Of a DNA stretch of 28,837 nt, positions 18,601 through 26,339 are shown one piece after another. Source of the DNA: a virus (taxonomy: Duplodnaviria; Caudoviricetes). Every line of letters starts with the position of its first letter. Position 1 is the stretch's first letter. The notes beneath the pieces were generated by a model that did no database searches, was not told where the DNA came from, and saw only the letters and a program-made list of their open reading frames with translations. Location: the IMG/VR virus record IMGVR_UViG_3300044513_001753, positions 1 to 28,837 of that record; one strand, given 5' to 3'. Both the position numbers and the translations under genes were made by a program.

Positions 18601-21600
18601 TCTTACCACTGTAGAATCATATAAAAACTTTAATTATGGAACAGAAATTAAGGGTATTAATGGAGACGCTAATACTGATATAATTGATATTAGACCAAGA
18701 GTCTCAGAATACACCGTTACTGAGGGATCTAGATCTCCTCTTGAGTTTTTTGGAAGATCATTTAATGGTGATGGAAATTCTGCGGCAAATGCATTAGCAT
18801 CTGATGAATCAATTTTAACAACATTCACCCATTATCTTGGAAGAATTGATAGAGTTTTCTTGGACAAAAAAGGCAAGTTCCAAATTTTATATGGAACACC
18901 ATCAGAACTTCCACAACCTCCAAACCCAATTGATGATGCTTTAGAGGTTGCTACAGTCGCACTACCCCCATATCTCTACAATGTCAGTCAGGCATCTTTA
19001 AAGTTCCTGGAGCACAAGAGATATCAAATGAAAGATATCAAAAAACTTGATAACAGAATTTCAAGTCTTGAGTATTATACCTCCTTAAATCTACTTGAGG
19101 CAAATACAGCAAATCTTTTTGTCCCTGATGGCGAAGGATTGAATAGATTTAAATCTGGTTTCTTTGTTGACAATTTTACTGCATTTAATGCTCAAGAAAC
19201 AAGTACATCTGTTAATAATAGCATTGATAGAGCGCATAAAGAATTAAGACCAAGGCATTATACAAACTCTATTGATCTGATTTTTGGACCAGTTATAAAT
19301 GTAGATCCAACAGCAGACCTCAATTTTTCAACTATTGAGGGAAACAATATAAGAAAAGCAAATGATGTTATTACTCTTGATTATAGTGAAGTTGAATATA
19401 TCAATCAACCATTTGCAACCAGAACAGAAAGCGTTACTCCATTCCTAATTAGTTTCTGGCAGGGAACTATGGAATTAAATCCTGCATCTGATACTTGGGT
19501 AGACACTGTAAGAATTGAACCCAAGGTTATTGACGTTGAAGGTGATTATGCTGCTCAAGTTGCACTTCTTGAGAGAACAGAAAACTTTGACCCACAAAGA
19601 GGATTTGCTCCTGTTATTTGGAATTCTTGGGAGACTAATTGGACTGGATTTGAATTCAATGACACAACCACAAGAAGAACAACAACCACTACCGGTGGCA
19701 CAAGAGGTGTTGGTGGTTGGATTAATGGTGGTAGTGGCGTTGCAAGATTGGTCAGAGATACAACTACAACAACTATTGAGGACACTGTTAGGGAAACAAT
19801 ACGAACCGACCAACAATCAAGGACTGGTTCTCAGTTATTTGTTCATGAACAGTTTGATCGTGAATCTGTAGGAGACAGAACTGTAAGTAGAGATCTCATT
19901 CCTTTCATGAGGTCAAGAAATGTTGAATTTGTTTCTAAGAGAATGAAACCTCTTACAAGAATGCATGCATTCTTTGATGGGGAACAAGTTGACAAGTACT
20001 GTGTTCCGAAACTTCTTGAAATTTCCATGTCATCTGGAACATTCCAAATTGGTGAAACCGTTATTGGTAGAATGTCCAGACCAGGACTTGCACCTGCTGC
20101 AAGAAGATTAGTTGGAGAGGAAGCAAGAATTACATTTAGAGTTGCTCAATCAAATCACAGAGAAGGTGAATATAATGCACCTGATCAAGTGTTTAGAGAA
20201 AGTCCTTATGATGGAACATCTCTATCTGCAGTATATTCGGCAACATCAACAATCTTGAATATTGATACGTTCTCATTATCAAATGAAGCTCAGGGTGAAT
20301 ATTCCGGTGTTATTGCTGAAGGAATGATCCTAAAAGGTTCTACAAGTGGTGCAGAGGCAGTCATAACAGGACATAGACTTGTATCCGATTTGGCTGCAAA
20401 TCTAACAGGTAGTTTCTTCATTCCAAACCCCAACTCAGTTAATCACCCAAGATTTGAAACTGGAACTAAAACATTTACCCTCACTAATGATGAGGACAAC
20501 GATCCAGATGTAGCGACAACGATTGCCGAAGAAGCATTTGCTGCCTCGGGAACACTTGAAACAGTTCAGGAAAATATCATCTCAGTTAGAAATGCTAGAA
20601 TTGAAAGAAGACAAGAATTCCAAGAAAGAAATGTAAATACGAATCTTGGAACTCAGGTTGTTGGATCACAAGTTGTTGGACAAACAACTAGAGAGACTAC
20701 TATTGGTTGGTATGACCCTCTTGCACAATCATTCTTAGTTGAGGAAGAGTCTGGTGTATTCGTCACTAAGTGTGATGTTTACTTTAGAACAAAAGATGAC
20801 ATGGATATTCCTGTGGTCTTCCAACTTAGAACTATGCAGAATGGTTTCCCAACACAAAAAATTCTCCCATTCTCTGAGATTGTTATTGATCCAGCAGACA
20901 TTGAAACATCTGATGATGGATCGGTGGCAACAACAGTTGAGTTTAAAGCTCCAGTATTCTTGGAAGGTGGATTAGAATATGCAATTGCTCTTGCATCTAA
21001 CTCTACAAAATATAGTGTTTATATTTCTAGGATTGGTGAGAATGATCTTTTAACTGATGCGTTTATCTCAAATCAACCATATCTTGGATCATTATTTAAG
21101 TCTCAAAATGCTTCTACATGGGAAGCAAGTCAATGGGAAGATCTTAAATTTGTTATGTATAGAGCAGACTTCCTTGAGTCTGGTACTATTGATTTCTACA
21201 GTCCAGAACTGTCTGATGGCAATAGACAAATACCCGTGCTTCAACCCGATTCTCTTGAGGTTTCTTCTAGAACCATTAGAGTAGGACTTGGAACTACTGT
21301 ACAGGATTCTGGATATCAAATTGGCAATACTTTCTTCCAAGGAGCAAGTCATACCAATAAAACAAATGCCACAGGTGTTCTGATTGGTGTTGCTGGCACT
21401 ATTCCTAGAACAGCATTGTCAATTTCTAATGCAGGTATTGGTTTAACCCCAACTGATGGATCTACTACATTTACTGGCGTTAATCTTGTAACACTAACTG
21501 GAAATGGCAGAGGTGCTCAAGCAACTGTTGCGGTTACTAATGGTCAAGTTACTTCAGCAACTATCACTGGATCTGGTGGTAATGGATATCAAACTGGAGA

Positions 21601-23191
21601 TGTTGTTGGAATTGATACTATTGGTGCTGCATCGGTAGGTAAAAATGTAAGACTTACCGTTTCAGGTATTGGTAAAACTAGTGAACTAATTCTTGACAAT
21701 GTTCAAGGAGACTTTACTGTAGGTGGTCCACAATTAAATTATTTTAATAGCGTAGGTATTGCTCAAACTCTGAACAACAATTTACCTGCTGCACCTGGTG
21801 GAAATGTTCAAATTGCTTCAATCAATGAAGTTACTAATGGACTTCATATTAAGGTGAACCATCAAAATCATGGAATGTATTTCCCAGATAATAGAGTAAT
21901 TATTTCCGGAGTTCTTCCGGATGTTAAACCAACCAAATTAACTGCGGCATATTCTTCTAATTCCACATCAGGTCTTTCCGTTGAAAGTGCAACATCATTT
22001 TCTAACTTTGAAAATGTCAGTGTTGGATCTACGAATAGAGGATACCTCTTGATTGGAGAAGAAGTTATTGAATACAGTAGTGTAGATGGAAACACTATTG
22101 GGGGAAGTATTTCTAGAGGAAGTAATCCTATTACTTATCCCACCGGAACTCCTGTTTACAAATATGAACTTGGTGGAGTTTGCCTCCATAGAATTAATAA
22201 AACTCATAATTTAAATGATGTTTCTATTGGAAGTTCAATTACCTTTGATTCATATAATATTAAACTTGATATGTCTGAGAAGTTTAATTCTAACAATGAT
22301 GATAGAAGTGAAGATGCACTTGGATTCCCTAAACTCTTTATGGGTATTACTGGATCTACTGGAGGACCAAATATTAAGGCAACTCAAAACATGCCATTTG
22401 AAATCATCACTCCAATAATACAAAATGTAACCACACGAGGAACTAATATTAGTGCAGAAGTTAGAACTGTAACTGGGCAAAGTTTAAGTGGTAATGAGAT
22501 TGCTTATCTTGATGCTGGATTTGAACCAATTGTTCCAAATACGCCAAATTATCTTAGCAGTACAAGATTAATTTGTTCTAAGGTTAATGAAGATGCTAAG
22601 TTAACAAACATTGAAGGTGCAAAATCTTTGCAAATGAGAGTTAATATGGTAACCACAGATTCCCATATTTCTCCGGTACTTGACGGTCAAAGAGTTAGTA
22701 CTATCCTTTCCTCTAATAGAGTTGATAATCAAATTACCGATATTGCAAATGATTCTAGAGTTAAAGGAATCTTGACAGATCCAACTGCTTGCCAGTATAT
22801 TTCTAAAGAAATTAAGTTAGAAAATCCAGCAACTTCACTGAAAGTTATTTTTGATGCTCATATCAATGACTTCTGTGATGTTAGAGTATTATATGCTATT
22901 AGTAATAAAGATGGATTTGATCCAATCTTTATTCCTTTCCCAGGATATAAGAATCTAAATTCTAGAGGTCAAATTATTGATATTGCAAATAATAATGGTG
23001 AATCGGATTCATTTGTATCTAAGACTCCTACATATGGATTTGATAGTGGTTCTATTGAATTTAAAGAACACACATTTAGTATTGATGAACTACCCTCATT
23101 TAAAGTTTATAGAGTCAAAATTCTATTGACAGGTACAAATCAAACATATGTACCAAGAGCCAGAAACCTGAGAGTCATTGCCCTAGCATAA
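15614..23191 (+). CDS. vrlC: Large virion structural protein, VrlC-like / DUF4815 family (2525 aa)
   Basis: N-terminus NLNVAPYFDDFD...YHKVLFKPGYPVQARELTTLQSILQNQIEKFG; APGADRLKI, LEYYTSL.LLE, RFKSGFFVDNF, DPLAQSF, GSLFKSQNASTW..QWEDLKF; ends LRVIALA. Typically follows gp8 in T4-like cyanophages. Confidence 0.85.
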   Translation: MPQQTNLNVAPYFDDFDPVDDYHKVLFKPGYPVQARELTTLQSILQNQIEKFGQHFFKEGAKVIPGNTGYTQLYYCIQLQNTYLGVPVAAYAEQLVGTKIIGESSGVSAVVDKVLLPEDSERGNLTLYINYLNSSTTNNETQTFSDGENLTCNQIISSGLLGNTSIAIGAPFATTIPDEASATGSAFQIQEGVYFVHGHFVNVNTETLILDQYGNTPNYRVGLFVNEEIINADEDDTLNDNSQGFNNYSAPGADRLKISVSLFKKSLTDYNDDQFIELAIIESGNIKSQTKRGDLGGGAGYKDWTDILASRTYAESGDYYVKAFDLSVHESLNNGVGNRGIYNAGQLTFGGQTPTDDLMLYKFSPGRAFIRGYDIDITSVTFIDVPKPRTTATIEDQSIIYNTGPTLRVNRTWRSPNVGVGNTYILSLRDQRVGLATDGTGGTPDPAGREIGVARVYDYRLESGSYDTSNGTLNEWNLSLFDVQTTVDLVLNQATTLSVPTFVKGNRSGATAFIKDAVSNSNAVSLYEVEGDFIPNESLIFNGINDGRIATAVTAYNLSDVKSVYGSNNRLVGINTFAADVVQTPTIAVGVATITKASGGVSTVRSTSDALPGLFKVGNLVEYTNPSATITDPTMGRVTSVDTDSIQIAEVTPVPGIVRGSLPTSSVDVNDFRLVTTKLDPSSDSTLYTRLPRTDIESVDFTNASLTIRKVLSVDIASGQLSSNISAEPNETFLPFDEERYALIRSDGTTEALSADKLTIASGGTALNIFGLGSDDTGASLIVSLRKVKPTSKVKIKNRVKSIIVDKSNNAASGIGSTTLNDGLVYGNGNYPYGTRVQDATISLNVPDVIDVHGVFESADTNNAAAPKISLININSTSTTTGELIVGESFIGQTSGANGIIAETLTSAQISYISKNDSKFIEGETIIFQETGIQAIVSVLTSDSFDISENYKFRTGQEDTFYDQGRIIRKENKSAPAKKLKIYYKSASFDSTDNGDLTTVESYKNFNYGTEIKGINGDANTDIIDIRPRVSEYTVTEGSRSPLEFFGRSFNGDGNSAANALASDESILTTFTHYLGRIDRVFLDKKGKFQILYGTPSELPQPPNPIDDALEVATVALPPYLYNVSQASLKFLEHKRYQMKDIKKLDNRISSLEYYTSLNLLEANTANLFVPDGEGLNRFKSGFFVDNFTAFNAQETSTSVNNSIDRAHKELRPRHYTNSIDLIFGPVINVDPTADLNFSTIEGNNIRKANDVITLDYSEVEYINQPFATRTESVTPFLISFWQGTMELNPASDTWVDTVRIEPKVIDVEGDYAAQVALLERTENFDPQRGFAPVIWNSWETNWTGFEFNDTTTRRTTTTTGGTRGVGGWINGGSGVARLVRDTTTTTIEDTVRETIRTDQQSRTGSQLFVHEQFDRESVGDRTVSRDLIPFMRSRNVEFVSKRMKPLTRMHAFFDGEQVDKYCVPKLLEISMSSGTFQIGETVIGRMSRPGLAPAARRLVGEEARITFRVAQSNHREGEYNAPDQVFRESPYDGTSLSAVYSATSTILNIDTFSLSNEAQGEYSGVIAEGMILKGSTSGAEAVITGHRLVSDLAANLTGSFFIPNPNSVNHPRFETGTKTFTLTNDEDNDPDVATTIAEEAFAASGTLETVQENIISVRNARIERRQEFQERNVNTNLGTQVVGSQVVGQTTRETTIGWYDPLAQSFLVEEESGVFVTKCDVYFRTKDDMDIPVVFQLRTMQNGFPTQKILPFSEIVIDPADIETSDDGSVATTVEFKAPVFLEGGLEYAIALASNSTKYSVYISRIGENDLLTDAFISNQPYLGSLFKSQNASTWEASQWEDLKFVMYRADFLESGTIDFYSPELSDGNRQIPVLQPDSLEVSSRTIRVGLGTTVQDSGYQIGNTFFQGASHTNKTNATGVLIGVAGTIPRTALSISNAGIGLTPTDGSTTFTGVNLVTLTGNGRGAQATVAVTNGQVTSATITGSGGNGYQTGDVVGIDTIGAASVGKNVRLTVSGIGKTSELILDNVQGDFTVGGPQLNYFNSVGIAQTLNNNLPAAPGGNVQIASINEVTNGLHIKVNHQNHGMYFPDNRVIISGVLPDVKPTKLTAAYSSNSTSGLSVESATSFSNFENVSVGSTNRGYLLIGEEVIEYSSVDGNTIGGSISRGSNPITYPTGTPVYKYELGGVCLHRINKTHNLNDVSIGSSITFDSYNIKLDMSEKFNSNNDDRSEDALGFPKLFMGITGSTGGPNIKATQNMPFEIITPIIQNVTTRGTNISAEVRTVTGQSLSGNEIAYLDAGFEPIVPNTPNYLSSTRLICSKVNEDAKLTNIEGAKSLQMRVNMVTTDSHISPVLDGQRVSTILSSNRVDNQITDIANDSRVKGILTDPTACQYISKEIKLENPATSLKVIFDAHINDFCDVRVLYAISNKDGFDPIFIPFPGYKNLNSRGQIIDIANNNGESDSFVSKTPTYGFDSGSIEFKEHTFSIDELPSFKVYRVKILLTGTNQTYVPRARNLRVIALA

Positions 23192-23412
23192 TGCATAAAG
23201 TAAAAGATTATGTGGATCTCGTAAGAGATCCGCATACAGGTGCCATTTTAAATCTAAACTCTTTAGATCATGAAAAATATGTTGAGAGACGTAAAGTGAA
23301 AAATAAAGAGCATCAAAAGGTACAGACTATTGAGGAAGAAGTTGCTAACCTTAAAGAGGATATCACAGAAATCAAATCACTATTAAAGGAGTTAATCAAT
23401 GGATCCAAATAA
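23191..23412 (+). CDS. Small conserved phage protein with C-terminal coiled coil (73 aa)
   Basis: TAATG stop/start overlap with the VrlC-like gene; LVRD..TGAILN motif; heptad IEEEVANLKEDITEIKSLLKEL. Confidence 0.85.
   Translation: MHKVKDYVDLVRDPHTGAILNLNSLDHEKYVERRKVKNKEHQKVQTIEEEVANLKEDITEIKSLLKELINGSK
23386..23391 (+). promoter_or_regulatory. Shine-Dalgarno AAGGAG for the 60-aa ORF
   Basis: AAGGAG 7 nt upstream of ATG 23399. Confidence 0.75.
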
Positions 23413-23581
23413 TATAACATTAAATAATCTAACTAAAAGTTTTGAATACACTAAGTTAGCAGGAGAAATAGATAGTTGTGACGATGTTGAGCGAATTAAA
23501 AATATTGCTAAGTGTTTTTGCAAACTTTATTATAAACAACAGGAAACAATGTCAGCAATAGGTATTCCAAATGGCAACTAA
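23399..23581 (+). CDS. 60-aa two-helix protein, putative NblA-like phycobilisome degradation adaptor
   Basis: Strong SD; overlaps both neighbours. Size and pattern L..L...FE..K....ID.C.DV....IAK......Q resemble NblA helix-loop-helix proteins. The ORF is well supported; the function is inferred. Confidence 0.6.
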   Translation: MDPNNITLNNLTKSFEYTKLAGEIDSCDDVERIKNIAKCFCKLYYKQQETMSAIGIPNGN

Positions 23582-23969
23582 AAACGTAACCTTTGATCCT
23601 GATGCTGATGTACCAAGAGGTGTAAATCTAACCATGTATGGTGGTTCAGATTTTGAAGTTAATTTTGTTGTCAATACGACATCAAATGCTGCGTTTGATT
23701 TAACAAATTATAGTGGATCTGCTGCTATGTCTAAAAGTGTGGCGATTGGAGCTACTCTTGGTATCACATCATCATTCACTGTTGGATTTACCAGTGCGTA
23801 TGATGGAAAGTTTAAAATATCCTTAGGTGCTGTCAATACAAGAGCAACATCAGAAGGAAGATATGTTTATGATATTTTACTTAAACATGAAGTTGGTGGA
23901 GGATCAACTGTGCATCCTTTAATATCTGGTAACATATTAGTTGTTAATCCGGTTTCATCCGCACCATAA
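23571..23969 (+). CDS. Small virion structural protein, beta-sandwich (BppU N-terminal/Ig-like type), 132 aa
   Basis: NL....G.DF...F, DLTNY...A.M.K, G.F.ISL....T, GRYVYDILL, G...V motifs, typical of the family found just upstream of gp13 in cyanomyoviruses. Confidence 0.75.
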   Translation: MATKNVTFDPDADVPRGVNLTMYGGSDFEVNFVVNTTSNAAFDLTNYSGSAAMSKSVAIGATLGITSSFTVGFTSAYDGKFKISLGAVNTRATSEGRYVYDILLKHEVGGGSTVHPLISGNILVVNPVSSAP

Positions 23970-23972
23970 ATA
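23965..23972 (+). promoter_or_regulatory. Late promoter CATAAATA for gp13, overlapping the upstream TAA stop
   Basis: NATAAATA 22 nt before ATG 23995; GAGGA SD-like sequence at 23978-23982. Confidence 0.85.
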
Positions 23973-23994
23973 TAGTTGAGGAATTAGTGTATAC

Positions 23995-24840
23995 ATGGCT
24001 CAACCAGCAAGTAGGTCGGACCTAATAAATTACTGCAAAAGGCAACTGGGAGCACCAGTTTTAGAAATCAACGTTGCTGATGAGCAAATTGATGATCTAA
24101 TAGATGATGCTTTGCAATACTTTCATGAAAGACATTTTGATGGTGTTGTTCAAACATATTTAAAGTATAAAATCACACAGGGAGATGTTGATAGGGGACG
24201 AGGAAGAGGAGGGAGCAATCCTGTAGGACTAGTTACTACAACCGCATCTTCAACTATAGATGGTTCATCTGTAACTTTTTCTTTTGAGGAAAATAGTAAT
24301 TACGTACAAGTTCCTCCACAAGTTATTGGAATAAACAAAATATTTAGATATGACGGGTCACAAACAGTGACTAATAATATGTTCAGTGTAAAATATCAAA
24401 TGTTCTTGAATGACATTTATAATTTTAGTTCTACTGAAATATTATCATATGCAATGACAAAAAGATATCTTGAAGATATGGACTTTGCATTAAATACAGA
24501 GAAGCAGATAAGATTTAATCAAAGACAGGATAGACTTTACTTAGATGTTGATTGGGGAGAAGTATCTAAGGATGATTATCTTATCCTTGATTGTTATAGA
24601 CTTTTAGATCCAAATGATTTTAGCAGAGTTTGGAATGATTCATTTCTTAAGAGATATGTAACTCAACTTATCAAAAGACAGTGGGGACAAAACCTCCTGA
24701 AGTTCCAAGGAGTAAAACTTCCAGGTGGTATAGAATTAAATGGTAGACAAATATACGATGATGCTCAAAAAGAACTTGATGCAATCAGAGAAGTTATGTC
24801 TAACACTTATGAACTTCCTCCATTAGACATGATTGGTTAA
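23995..24840 (+). CDS. gp13: Neck protein gp13 (281 aa)
   Basis: L..YC.RQLGAPVLEINV.DEQIDDLIDDALQYF.E.HFDG; KRQWGQNL.KF.GVKLPGGIELNG.QIY; YELPPLDMIG. Confidence 0.96.
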   Translation: MAQPASRSDLINYCKRQLGAPVLEINVADEQIDDLIDDALQYFHERHFDGVVQTYLKYKITQGDVDRGRGRGGSNPVGLVTTTASSTIDGSSVTFSFEENSNYVQVPPQVIGINKIFRYDGSQTVTNNMFSVKYQMFLNDIYNFSSTEILSYAMTKRYLEDMDFALNTEKQIRFNQRQDRLYLDVDWGEVSKDDYLILDCYRLLDPNDFSRVWNDSFLKRYVTQLIKRQWGQNLLKFQGVKLPGGIELNGRQIYDDAQKELDAIREVMSNTYELPPLDMIG

Positions 24841-24844
24841 TCGT

Positions 24845-26296
24845 ATGCTTAATCCATATTTTCAGCAAGGGGCCGGATCTGAGCAAAATTTAATTCAAGA
24901 CCTTATCAATGAGCAGTTGAGGATGTATGGTATTGAGGTACATTATCTTCCAAGAAAATATTTGACCGAAAAAACAATTATTAGAGAAGTAATACAATCT
25001 AAATTTGACGATGCATATCCAATAGAAGCGTATATTGACAATTTTGAGGGATACAATGATAATACTACAATATTATCAAAGTTTGGTATACAACAAGAGC
25101 AAGAATTAAATTTAATTATTTCAAAGGAAAGATTTGAAAATTATATCTCTCCTTTAATAAAGAATGAGCAGAATATAAAATTATCTACAAGACCAAAAGA
25201 AGGAGATTTAATTTATTTCCCTCTTGGTGATAGACTTTTTGAGATTAAATTTGTTGAACATGAAAAACCATTTTATCAACTACAAAAGAACTATGTTTAT
25301 GAGTTGAGATGTGAACTCTTTAGATATGAAAATGAGGTTATTGACACCGGTATAGAAGATATTGATGATATTTTAACTGGTGGCGATAGTGATGGTCTGA
25401 TTGATGGAAGTGATGGACTTAGTAGTATTATCGGAAGTACTCAAACTCTCACCCTTGTTGGAAATGGTGTAACAGCAACAGCAGTTGCTGGAATTATCAC
25501 TGAGGGTGGCATTCGCACAATTACGATGACAAACAGAGGTGGAGGATACACATCTGTACCAAGAGTTGCAATATCATCTGCTCCAACAGGAGGGATTACT
25601 GGTATTGCATCTGCAGTTATGATTGGTGGAATAAACGTATGCAATCAAAGTGCCAATCCGAGAGCAAGATCTGTTCAGAATGCTGATATTGTAAATCCGG
25701 GATCTGGATATACAATTGCCCCTGGAGTTCAGTTTATTGGTGGTGGAGGTGCTGGTGCAGCTGCAACAGCGACAGTCGCTGATGGTATTGTAGGAATAAT
25801 AACGATCACTGCCGGTGGATCTGGATATGTCACATCACCAACAATTACATTCAGCAATGAAGTATTCTTGACTGGTGTAAGTACTGCAGGTGCTGCTGCA
25901 ACAGCAGTTGTCAGTGCTGCAGGCACTATCAGTGCTATTCGCTTTATTAATGCTGGATTGGGATATAGCACCGCTCCTACGATTACGATCGCGGATGCAA
26001 ATTCGAGTTCTACTGGTGAGTTTGTATTTAACGAGATTGTAACAGGATCTAGTAGTGGGGCAACAGGTAGAGTCAGAGTTTGGAACACCGAAACTAATGT
26101 TCTTGAGGTAGCAAACGTCACAGGAACATTTACTCTTGAAGAGAATATTGTTGGATCTACCTCAGGTGCAACACATCAACTTAGAAAAGTTGATGTTAAT
26201 CCGAGCGATGATGGATTCTCAGATAATGTTAATATAGAAACCGAGGCAGATTTGATTATAGATTTCAACGAACATAACCCATTCGGAATGCCCTAA
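24845..26296 (+). CDS. gp14: Neck protein gp14, extended form (483 aa from ATG 24845)
   Basis: MLNPYF..G..SEQ.L.QDL..EQLRMYG..V.YLPR, SKFG, RPKEGDLIYFPL...LFEIKFVEHE.PFYQL, C-terminal DF.E.NPFG. ATG 24845 is preferred over TTG 24833, which overlaps gp13. Confidence 0.95.
   Translation: MLNPYFQQGAGSEQNLIQDLINEQLRMYGIEVHYLPRKYLTEKTIIREVIQSKFDDAYPIEAYIDNFEGYNDNTTILSKFGIQQEQELNLIISKERFENYISPLIKNEQNIKLSTRPKEGDLIYFPLGDRLFEIKFVEHEKPFYQLQKNYVYELRCELFRYENEVIDTGIEDIDDILTGGDSDGLIDGSDGLSSIIGSTQTLTLVGNGVTATAVAGIITEGGIRTITMTNRGGGYTSVPRVAISSAPTGGITGIASAVMIGGINVCNQSANPRARSVQNADIVNPGSGYTIAPGVQFIGGGGAGAAATATVADGIVGIITITAGGSGYVTSPTITFSNEVFLTGVSTAGAAATAVVSAAGTISAIRFINAGLGYSTAPTITIADANSSSTGEFVFNEIVTGSSSGATGRVRVWNTETNVLEVANVTGTFTLEENIVGSTSGATHQLRKVDVNPSDDGFSDNVNIETEADLIIDFNEHNPFGMP
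25466..25996 (+). repeat. Four tandem ~40-50 aa A.A.A...I..I.I...G.GY...P...I repeats in gp14
   Basis: TNRGGGYTSVPRVAI / VNPGSGYTIAPGVQF / TAGGSGYVTSPTITF / INAGLGYSTAPTITI. Confidence 0.85.
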
Positions 26297-26299
26297 ATA
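26292..26299 (+). promoter_or_regulatory. Late promoter variant CCTAAATA for gp15, overlapping the gp14 stop
   Basis: TAAATA core 40 nt upstream of ATG 26340; AAGGA SD-like sequence at 26329-26333. Confidence 0.7.
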
Positions 26300-26339
26300 A
26301 TACCACTCTCAGTATATTGCAATTCTATAAGGACACACG

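Noticed and set aside
20654-20680. Short direct repeat encoding QVVGS-QVVG
   Set aside because: A single 15-nt-period duplication in coding sequence; not an array.
898-23191. Inteins, introns, homing endonucleases or a DGR target explaining the giant ORFs
   Set aside because: I saw no intein splice or LAGLIDADG/HNH motifs, no frame breaks, and no long near-identical repeat pair differing at adenines; the size is explained by structural modules.
24833-24835. TTG start for gp14 given by the ORF track
   Set aside because: It overlaps gp13; ATG 24845 gives the family-typical MLNPYF start.
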